A stretch of 64,000 nucleotides of DNA from Chloroflexota bacterium (GTDB lineage Bacteria; Chloroflexota; Limnocylindria; P2-11E): contig JACQAT010000001.1 of the NCBI GenBank assembly GCA_016194865.1, positions 154,022 to 218,021 of the forward strand. Direction: 5' to 3'. Both the position numbers and the translations under genes were made by a program. The number at the start of each line of letters is the position of its first letter. The stretch's first letter is position 1. Below are positions 57,538 to 64,000 of the stretch, in pieces. The notes under the pieces were generated by a model. The model did no database searches and was not told the origin of the DNA. It saw only the letters and a list, made by a program, of their open reading frames with translations.

Positions 57538-58527
57538 ATGAAAGAACCCTCTGCCACCGAGCGTGCCTCGAGCCTCGACCTGGTCCGCATCACCGAAGCT
57601 GCCGCCATCGCGGCCGCGCATCTCATGGGTCACGGCGACAATCGCGCCGCGGACAAGGCGGCCGTCGAAGCCATGCGCTCGACCATGGACGAGGTCGCGT
57701 TCAACGGGACGATCGTCATCGGCGAGGGCGAGCGCGACGAAGCGCCGATGCTCTACATCGGCGAGAAGGTCGGCCGCGGCGTCGGGCCCGAAGTCCACAT
57801 CGCCGTCGATCCGCTCGAGGGCACGAACCTCGTCGCGCAGGGCCGCGCCAACGCCACCGCCGTCATGGCCGTCTCCGAGCCGGGCGGGCTGCTCCACGCG
57901 CCGGACACGTACATGGAGAAGCTCGTCGTCGGCGCGCCCGCGAAGGGCAAGGTCGACCTCGACCGCCCGGTCGCCGAGAACCTCAAGATCATCGCGGACT
58001 CGCTCGGCGGACGCGATGTGCGCGACCTGACCGTCATCATCCTGGCGCGGCCGCGACACGAGAAGCTCATCAACGACGTGCGCGCCGCCGGCGCGCGCAT
58101 CAAGCTGATCGACGACGGCGATCTCACCGCCGCCATCTCCGTCGCCGTCGCCGGCACAGCCGTCCACGCGGTCATGGGCACCGGCGGCGCGCCCGAGGGT
58201 GTGCTCGCCGCCGCCGCGCTCCGCTGCCTCGGCGCCGAGATCCTCGGCCGGCTCCGTTTCCGCAACGACGGCGAACGCGAGCGCGCGCGCAAGATGGGCG
58301 TCATCGACGAGACGCGGGTCTACCGCACCGAGGACCTCGCGAGCGGCAAGGACATCCGCTTCATCGCCACCGGTGTGACCGACGGGGAGCTGCTCCAGGG
58401 CGTCCGCTTCTTCGCCCACGGCATCCGGACGCACTCGATCCTGGCCGACTCGATCCTGGGCAAGCTGCGCTTCATCGACACCCAGCACTTCGAGGATCCG
58501 GCCAAGCCGCCCATCATCCGGCTCTAG
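57538..58527 (+). CDS. glpX: class II fructose-1,6-bisphosphatase
   Basis: Trimmed to ATG 57538. [50 protein letters not shown]. Confidence 0.9.
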   Translation: MKEPSATERASSLDLVRITEAAAIAAAHLMGHGDNRAADKAAVEAMRSTMDEVAFNGTIVIGEGERDEAPMLYIGEKVGRGVGPEVHIAVDPLEGTNLVAQGRANATAVMAVSEPGGLLHAPDTYMEKLVVGAPAKGKVDLDRPVAENLKIIADSLGGRDVRDLTVIILARPRHEKLINDVRAAGARIKLIDDGDLTAAISVAVAGTAVHAVMGTGGAPEGVLAAAALRCLGAEILGRLRFRNDGERERARKMGVIDETRVYRTEDLASGKDIRFIATGVTDGELLQGVRFFAHGIRTHSILADSILGKLRFIDTQHFEDPAKPPIIRL

Positions 58528-58537
58528 CACTTATTTA

Positions 58538-58566
58538 TTGACAGGCGCCGAGGGCCGTCCTAACGT
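58538..58566 (+). promoter_or_regulatory. candidate promoter TTGACA-17-TAACGT, positioned to give a leaderless mRNA for HTH-TPR regulator 2
   Basis: TTGACA at 58538-58543 and TAACGT at 58561-58566. The GTG start at 58573 is 7 nt after the -10, the same geometry as the hspR promoter. An AT-rich patch (cacttatttattgaca) precedes it. Confidence 0.45.
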
Positions 58567-58572
58567 GCCGCC

Positions 58573-59922
58573 GTGCCTCAGCAGACGCGCACCAGGCGGC
58601 CCATTCCCGACTCCACGACCGTCAAAGAGCTCGGTGCGCGCATCCGCAGGGCGCGCACAGAGGCAGGGCTGAGCCAGGGCGCGCTCGCGGCCCCCAACTT
58701 CACGCGCGCCTATGTGAGTGCGATCGAGCTGGGGAAGATCCGGCCCTCCATGAAGGCGCTCGAGTACCTCGCGAACCGACTGGGGAAGCCGACATCGTTC
58801 TTCCTGTCGGACGAGGCCGAGGAGTCAGAGCGGAAGCAGCGGGAATTCGCGATCGCTGAGCTTTCCAGTCGTTTGACGCGCGCACGCGCGGCGGAGGCTC
58901 TCTCGAGTGCTGAAGAGCTGCTTGCGGCGGCCAAGTCCCATCGCGAGATAGCGACCCTGAGGATGTACCGAGCGACCGCGCTGAACTTCCTCCAGAGGGG
59001 CCGTGAAGCGCTGCCTGATCTCGAAGCGTCCGAGCGTCTTGCGAAGCAATTGGGTGACGAGCGACTTTCCGCGCAAGTGAACTATCAGCGAGCCATCGGA
59101 TACCGACTCGTCGGCGATCCACTCAGGGCCAAGCACCTACTCGAGGAGCATCTAGCGAAGGTGGAAGCTGCACCGGTGATCGACGCCCTCATGCGAATGA
59201 AGCTCTTGAAGGATCTCGGCGCTATCGCGTACGACCTTGGACAGCACGAAGCCGCGAGTGCTTATTACTTTTCGGCGCTCGAATGGTCGAAGGACGTGAG
59301 CGATATGGCCGCCCTAGCGACGATCTATCAGGGCTTGGCGCTGTCCTATCGAGCTCGCGGTGATCTGGATGCCGCAACCACGTATCTCCAAAGAGCAATC
59401 GGAGCGAGTGAGGCCGCCAACGATCTGACGCAGATAGCCATGCTCTACAACGCCATGGCGTTGTTTGCCGCGGAGCGTGGGCACCTGCAATCGGCGCGTA
59501 CGTACTCAGACAAAGCGATCGAGCTCGCACGCGTCACTGGTCCAGCGGCCTTCGTGCCCCACTACGTGACTACGAAGGCCGAGTGCGCCGCGAAGGCCGG
59601 GATGTGGCAAGACGCTGCGGGGTTTGCGGCGCAGGCGCTCGCTCTGGCGACGGAACACCAGAACGTGCGCGCTGCCGCCGCTGCCCGATTGGTCCTGTCT
59701 GACGCTGCGAGCCATCTCGGCCAAGTCGACGAAGGCGTTCGCCATCTAAAGGAGGCTGCGACGGCCTATGAGGAATTGAATGCGTTTGCTGAGCTCGGGG
59801 AAGTGTTCCAGCGTCTAAGCCGACTGGCTGAGACACGCGGCCAGTCTGACGAAGCCCGCCATTACCTCATCAAGGCGTACGAAGCAACGCGAAAGCCCAG
59901 TGGGCTCATGGAAAGGAAATGA
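58573..59922 (+). CDS. Cro/C1 (XRE)-type HTH + TPR-domain transcriptional regulator, copy 2
   Basis: HTH: LGARIRRARTEAGLSQGALAA...YVSAIELGKIRPSMKALEYLANRLGKP, colinear with copy 1. TPR-like repeats run to the C-terminus. Confidence 0.8.
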   Translation: MPQQTRTRRPIPDSTTVKELGARIRRARTEAGLSQGALAAPNFTRAYVSAIELGKIRPSMKALEYLANRLGKPTSFFLSDEAEESERKQREFAIAELSSRLTRARAAEALSSAEELLAAAKSHREIATLRMYRATALNFLQRGREALPDLEASERLAKQLGDERLSAQVNYQRAIGYRLVGDPLRAKHLLEEHLAKVEAAPVIDALMRMKLLKDLGAIAYDLGQHEAASAYYFSALEWSKDVSDMAALATIYQGLALSYRARGDLDAATTYLQRAIGASEAANDLTQIAMLYNAMALFAAERGHLQSARTYSDKAIELARVTGPAAFVPHYVTTKAECAAKAGMWQDAAGFAAQALALATEHQNVRAAAAARLVLSDAASHLGQVDEGVRHLKEAATAYEELNAFAELGEVFQRLSRLAETRGQSDEARHYLIKAYEATRKPSGLMERK

Positions 59923-60032
59923 TGCGGTACCTCATGCTCGTCCTCGCCCTCATCGTCGCGCTACAAGTCGCCACGCCTACCCTCGTCACAGAGGTTGACT
60001 CGTGGGGAGGGGACCCGCCAACGGCCGGCTAG
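59919..60032 (+). CDS. 37-aa secreted pro-peptide candidate (not in the supplied ORF track)
   Basis: ATGATG spans the regulator TGA (59920-59922). Reads MMRYLMLVLALIVALQVA|TPTLVTEVDSWGGDPPTAG, with TAG at 60030-60032. AAGGA lies upstream. The tail shares VDS.. and GGDP with the 47820..47987 peptide. Confidence 0.5.
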   Translation: MMRYLMLVLALIVALQVATPTLVTEVDSWGGDPPTAG

Positions 60033-60880
60033 CCGCCTCCGACCTGCCGCTCCGTAGCGGCGAGCACGTTCCGCAACAGGAGCGCGGTCGTCACCGTGCC
60101 GAGCCCACCAGGAACAGGGCTCAGTGCGTCGGCGACCGCGCTCACGCTCTCGACATCGACATCCCCAACGATCCCATTCGGCGTCACATTGATGCCCGCA
60201 TCGATCACGACGACGCCCTTCGACACCATGTCACCGCGCAGGAAGCCCGCGCGACCGGTGGCGATGATGATCACCTGCGCGTCACGCGTGTGCCGCGCGA
60301 GATCGACCGTCTTGCTGTGCGCGATCGTGACGGTCGCGTCCTTGAGCAGGAGGAGATTCGCGGCAGGGCGCCCGATCACGGTGCTCCGGCCAACGATCAA
60401 CGCGCGCGTGCCGCGCAGCGGCACCTCGTAGAACTTCAGAAGCTCCAGCGACGCCTCGGCGGTCGACGGCACGAAACGCGGACGGCCGTCGGCCAGGAAG
60501 CCGACGTTGAACGGATGCATGCCCTCGACGTCCTTCGCGACGGGGATGTGGTCGACGATGTGTCCCTCGTCGAGCTTGCCCGGTAACGGCGTGAGCAAGA
60601 GGACGCCGTGCACGCTCACATCGGCGCCGGCCCGCTCGAGTGCAGCGATGAGCTCGCTCTCGGTGGTGTCCCGCGCGAGCGCGGCCTCGACGACATGCAC
60701 GCCCAGCGCTTGACCCGCCTTCGCGAGCCGCCCCGCGTAGGCGTTCCCCGCCGGATCGGCGCCGACGGACACGATGCGCAGGGTGGGCTGTGTGCCACGC
60801 GCTTTGAGCGCCTCGCTACGCGCCGCGAGATCGGCCGTGATGCGCTCCGCGAGCGGTCGCCCGTGAAGGAGTCTCGTCAT
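60029..60880 (-). CDS. folD: bifunctional methylene-THF dehydrogenase / methenyl-THF cyclohydrolase
   Basis: Typical FolD sequence (LRIVSVGADPAGNAYAG ... GVLLLTPLP ... VIGRPAANLL ... TPVPGGLGTVT). Confidence 0.95.
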   Translation of the reverse strand: MTRLLHGRPLAERITADLAARSEALKARGTQPTLRIVSVGADPAGNAYAGRLAKAGQALGVHVVEAALARDTTESELIAALERAGADVSVHGVLLLTPLPGKLDEGHIVDHIPVAKDVEGMHPFNVGFLADGRPRFVPSTAEASLELLKFYEVPLRGTRALIVGRSTVIGRPAANLLLLKDATVTIAHSKTVDLARHTRDAQVIIIATGRAGFLRGDMVSKGVVVIDAGINVTPNGIVGDVDVESVSAVADALSPVPGGLGTVTTALLLRNVLAATERQVGGG

Positions 60881-61509
60881 CAGCGCGCGATCCGTGACTC
60901 GACGAAGTCCAGGATGCGCTTGCGCTGCTCCTCCGATCCATCGAGGGCGCGGTCGAGGTCCTCGGAAAGCGACTTGATCTGTGCCGCGTCGCTGATGGAG
61001 GCGAGATTGGTCATCACGTTGAGTGCCGCGCCGCGCAGCGCGGCCTCCGCCATGAGGGCCGCCACGCCGATGTCGCTGACGGTCATCGGGCTCGCGGTCT
61101 TGAGGCCACGCTCACAGGCGTCGAGCAGACGGCGCGCGGCCTTGGCGACCTCGAGCGGCACCCGCGACGCGCCCGTCAGACCGGCCTGGAGCCGTTCCTT
61201 GCGTGCCGCTTTCTCGGCATCGGTCGACTTTGGGAGCCTCATCGCCTCGCTCACACGGCGGAACGCGGCGCTATCGTCGTCGACGAGGCGCAGGAAATAG
61301 GCGCGGAGGTCGTCGAGCTCCGCGATGAACTCGGTATCACTTCCGCTCCCATCCTTCTTCTTCGCGGCGATGCGACCGACCATGGCCGCGAGCGCCGCGC
61401 CGAGCGCGCCGGCGTAGGCCGCCGCGCTTCCACCGCCGGGGACGGCGCTACCCGATGCGAGCTCATCGCTGAACGCGCGCAGGCTGAGGTCGACGAATCG
61501 ATCGGTCAT
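60880..61509 (-). CDS. cyclodeaminase/cyclohydrolase-family protein (FTCD C-terminal-like, FchA-like)
   Basis: Trimmed to ATG 61509. FSDELASGSAVPGGGSAAAYAGALGAALAAMV. ATGA overlap with folD. Confidence 0.8.
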   Translation of the reverse strand: MTDRFVDLSLRAFSDELASGSAVPGGGSAAAYAGALGAALAAMVGRIAAKKKDGSGSDTEFIAELDDLRAYFLRLVDDDSAAFRRVSEAMRLPKSTDAEKAARKERLQAGLTGASRVPLEVAKAARRLLDACERGLKTASPMTVSDIGVAALMAEAALRGAALNVMTNLASISDAAQIKSLSEDLDRALDGSEEQRKRILDFVESRIAR

Positions 61510-61554
61510 GGGCGCGGTTGAGTGTACGGTGCTAGCATCGACGCAATTCACGCG

Positions 61555-61665
61555 CGATCCGTCATCGAGAGCGGCTGAGGGAACGGCCCGTCGAAGCCGC
61601 GGCAACCAGCGGAGTCCCGCTTCGGTGCCAATTCCGGCCCTGAGTCAGGGAAAGATGAGAGAGCA
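61555..61665 (+). promoter_or_regulatory. SAM-I (S-box) riboswitch
   Basis: tcATCgAGAGcGGctGAGGGAacGGCCCgtcGAAgCCgcGGCAACCagcg...cgcttcGGTGCCAATTCCggcc...GAAAGATGAgag matches the S-box core blocks in order. It lies 6 nt upstream of the metF TTG start. Confidence 0.85.
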
Positions 61666-61671
61666 GAGGTC

Positions 61672-62574
61672 TTGTTCCGGTTGAGCACATTCCCGTCATT
61701 GGTCCGGTCCGGCGCGTTCGTCGTGACGGCCGAGATCAATCCCCCGAAGAGCGCAGACGGCGACGTCGTGACACGACGCGCGAGCGCGCTCCGTGGCTGC
61801 GTCGATGCCGCGAACGTGACCGACAGCAACCGCGCGGTGGCCGCGATGTCGTCCATCCCGGCGGCGCTGCTCGTGCGCGATGCCGGCGTCACGCCGATCG
61901 TGCAGATGACGGGCCGGGATCGGAATCGCATCGCGCTCCAGGGAGACCTCCTCGGCGCGGCCGCTCTCGGGCTCGACACGTTCCTGTGCATGAGCGGCGA
62001 CGATCCGAGGGTGGGCAATCACCCGGATGCCGTCCACGTGAAGGATCTCGACGGCATCGGGCTGCTGAAGATGGCCAGCGGAATGCGCGACCGTGGCGTC
62101 TTCCTGTCCGGAGACGCGATCACCAAGCCGCCGCAGCTGTTCCTCGGCGGCACGGCCTCGCCATTCGGGGAGCCGACGAGCCGAGACGTGGATCGCACGA
62201 TCGAGAAGCTCGAGGCCGGCGCTGATTTCCTGCAGACGCAACCGGTGTTCGACATCGTCACATTCAGCGCCTGGCTCAGCGAGGTGCGCAAGCGCGCGAA
62301 GGACCCGGCCATCCTCGCGGGCGTGCTCGTCCTGCGCTCCGCGGATCAGGCGAAACGTCTCGCGAAGGTGCCCGGCGTCACGATCCCCGACGCGACGGTC
62401 GAGCGGATGCGTGGCGCGCGGGACGCGGAGCAGGAAGGGATCGCCATCGCGGTCGAGCTCGTCCAGGAGCTCCGCGCGTTGCCGGGCGTGCACGGGGTGC
62501 ACATCTACGCGATCGAATGGCCAGAGGCGGTGGGCCTCGTCGTCCAGCGAAGCGGATTGAGGGAGAAGTCATGA
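61672..62574 (+). CDS. metF: methylenetetrahydrofolate reductase
   Basis: TTG start. VTAEINPPKS ... IVQMTGRDRN ... FLCMSGDDP ... FLQTQPVFD. Confidence 0.85.
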   Translation: MFRLSTFPSLVRSGAFVVTAEINPPKSADGDVVTRRASALRGCVDAANVTDSNRAVAAMSSIPAALLVRDAGVTPIVQMTGRDRNRIALQGDLLGAAALGLDTFLCMSGDDPRVGNHPDAVHVKDLDGIGLLKMASGMRDRGVFLSGDAITKPPQLFLGGTASPFGEPTSRDVDRTIEKLEAGADFLQTQPVFDIVTFSAWLSEVRKRAKDPAILAGVLVLRSADQAKRLAKVPGVTIPDATVERMRGARDAEQEGIAIAVELVQELRALPGVHGVHIYAIEWPEAVGLVVQRSGLREKS

Positions 62575-63542
62575 AGACCACGGTCATCGGCGCCTATCCG
62601 AAGATCTCCGATGAGACGGGCGGCCAGGCGCTGCGCAACGCGCTCCACCGTCACGATCGCGGCGAGATCGACGACGGCGAGCTCGCGACGGTCCAGGACG
62701 GGGCGACACGTGCGGCGATCGCTGAGATCGAGGGCACCGGTATCGACATCCTCAACGATGGGCAGATCCGCTGGGACGACCTGTTCGCGCCCTTCGCGAA
62801 GGCCTGGGGCGGCGTCTCGCGCGGCCCGCTCGAGCGCTACTACGACAACAACACGTACTTCCGGCAGCCGCTCATCGAGGGGAAGATCACGACCGACGGC
62901 AAGACGCTGGTGCGCGACTTCGCGTTCGCGCGCGGCCAGACGACGCACGAGCTGAAGGCCGCCATCTGCGGACCGCTCACCTTCGCCACGCTCGCGATCG
63001 ACAAGCACTACCGCACGCTCGAGGATCGCGTCGCCGCCGTCGCCGATGCGCTCGCGGCGGAGATCACCGGGCTCGGCGCCGCGGGCGCGACCTTGATCGA
63101 CGTGGAGGAGCCCGCGCTCGTCGCCCAGCCGCAGCACATCGAGCTCGCGCGCGCGGCATTCCAGCGCCTCGCGGCAGCCGGTGTACCGCTCGCGTTGCAG
63201 ACGTACTTCTTCCCGGCCGATCGCGTCCTCGAACTCCTTGCATCGTTCCCGGTCGCGCAGATCGGTCTGGATATCCGCAGCCGGGACACGACCGTGCTGC
63301 GCCGGCTCGACGTGTTCGGCGAGAAGACGATCGTGCTCGGCATCGTCGAGGCCCGGAACACGCGTCTGGAGACGCGCGACGAGCTGACGAAGCTCGCGGA
63401 GGAGGCGCTGAAGCTCGTGAAGCCGGATCGCCTCTGGCTCGCGCCGACGACGAGCCTCGAGTTCCTTCCGCACGACGTGGCCGTCAAGAAGCTGGCCGTG
63501 CTCGCCGAAGCGGCGCGCGTCGCGGGAGGTGTGGTCGCATGA
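62571..63542 (+). CDS. MetE-family protein resembling the non-catalytic N-terminal barrel of cobalamin-independent methionine synthase (stand-alone)
   Basis: Trimmed to ATG 62571 (ATGA overlap with metF). TTVIGAYPKI ... GIDILNDGQIRWDD ... YDNNTYFRQP ... LIDVEEPAL. I see no Zn-ligand His/Cys block. Confidence 0.65.
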   Translation: MKTTVIGAYPKISDETGGQALRNALHRHDRGEIDDGELATVQDGATRAAIAEIEGTGIDILNDGQIRWDDLFAPFAKAWGGVSRGPLERYYDNNTYFRQPLIEGKITTDGKTLVRDFAFARGQTTHELKAAICGPLTFATLAIDKHYRTLEDRVAAVADALAAEITGLGAAGATLIDVEEPALVAQPQHIELARAAFQRLAAAGVPLALQTYFFPADRVLELLASFPVAQIGLDIRSRDTTVLRRLDVFGEKTIVLGIVEARNTRLETRDELTKLAEEALKLVKPDRLWLAPTTSLEFLPHDVAVKKLAVLAEAARVAGGVVA

Positions 63543-64000
63543 CAGAGGTGGGTGGTTCTCGGGGGGCACAGCACCCCGGTGGTGGTGTCCTGTTGACCAC
63601 GACGGTCGGCTCCTTCGGGAAGCCGGAATATCTACAGAAGGCCCGCAACGCGTTCGCGCGCGGGAAGCTCGGCAAGACGGAGCTCGAGGAGCTCGAGCGC
63701 AAGGCGACGACGGAGTGGATCCGTGTCCAGGAGGACCTTGACCTCGACATCCTCGTGGACGGCGAGATGTATCGCGGCGACATGGTCGCGCACTTCGCCG
63801 AGCTGCTCGACGGGTACACCGTGGGCGGGCTGGTGCGCGCGTACGGCAATCGCTACTACCACAAGCCCATCATCTCTGGGAAGGTCGCGCGACCGAAGCC
63901 GATGACGGTCGACTGGTTCACCTTCGCGCAATCGCTTACCGATCGTCCCGTGAAGGGGATGCTGACCGGCCCGTACACGATGCTCGACTGGTCCTACCTC
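63539..64000 (+). CDS. metE: cobalamin-independent methionine synthase catalytic (C-terminal-type) domain protein, 3' end outside the window
   Basis: ATG 63539 overlaps the upstream TGA. Reads TTTVGSFGKPEYLQKAR ... DILVDGEMYRGDMVAHF ... YGNRYYHKPII ... KGMLTGPYTMLDWS. The frame is open to the window end and is not in the supplied track. Confidence 0.8.
   Translation, partial: MTEVGGSRGAQHPGGGVLLTTTVGSFGKPEYLQKARNAFARGKLGKTELEELERKATTEWIRVQEDLDLDILVDGEMYRGDMVAHFAELLDGYTVGGLVRAYGNRYYHKPIISGKVARPKPMTVDWFTFAQSLTDRPVKGMLTGPYTMLDWSYL

Overview
The window is a roughly 70% GC chromosomal segment that is almost fully coding. Many genes are chained by 4-nt start/stop overlaps (ATGA/GTGA). The gene content looks like a high-GC Terrabacteria lineage (actinobacterial or chloroflexal flavour: HspR, an MshA-like GT4, leaderless promoters, MreB present). 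I cannot assign taxonomy from sequence alone.

In order, the window contains:
- glyA 3' end, upp, a WecA/MraY-family transferase and an S9 peptidase
- a Hint-domain lipoprotein, a CheY-like receiver and corA
- a complete F1Fo ATP synthase operon (atpZ-BEFHAGDC)
- a Nudix hydrolase, a HicB-DinB fusion, and a DtxR-family regulator divergent from an FTR1 iron permease with twin palindromic operators
- mreB
- a 10-kb envelope-glycan cluster (TagA-like, GT4, PHP, UPF0104, GT2 and four GT-C-like membrane proteins) that is translationally chained to a DegS-like kinase, a LuxR-type regulator and a pseudo-kinase
- hpt, a membrane-tethered cupredoxin, rsmG, a HisA-like protein and a metallophosphoesterase
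- a K+ locus (two KimA-like APC permeases, Usp, two TrkA/RCK proteins)
- a heat-shock cluster (hspR-lon-dnaJ-like-clpB)
- an M28 peptidase, dtd, PolX, acyP and purH
- a GNAT / MshA-like GT4 / LmbE deacetylase operon
- glxK, glpX, folD-fchA and a SAM-I riboswitch in front of metF plus a split metE

I recognised no rRNA, tRNA, CRISPR array, transposase or integrase.

The most interesting signal is two paralogous regulators with a Cro/C1-type HTH and a TPR domain (48114..49421 and 58573..59922). Each sits next to a very short ORF encoding a signal-peptide-bearing pro-peptide: 55 aa at 47820..47987 on the minus strand, and 37 aa at 59919..60032, which is absent from the supplied ORF track. The two peptide tails share a VDS[DW]...GGDP motif. 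This is the architecture of RRNPP-type (PlcR/NprR/Rap/AimR-like) peptide signalling, which is described mainly from low-GC Firmicutes and their phages.

Many long ORFs in the supplied track are GC-driven antisense or out-of-frame artefacts, or N-terminal over-extensions. I trimmed or rejected these. All functional calls rest on motif recognition by eye; no database search was run.
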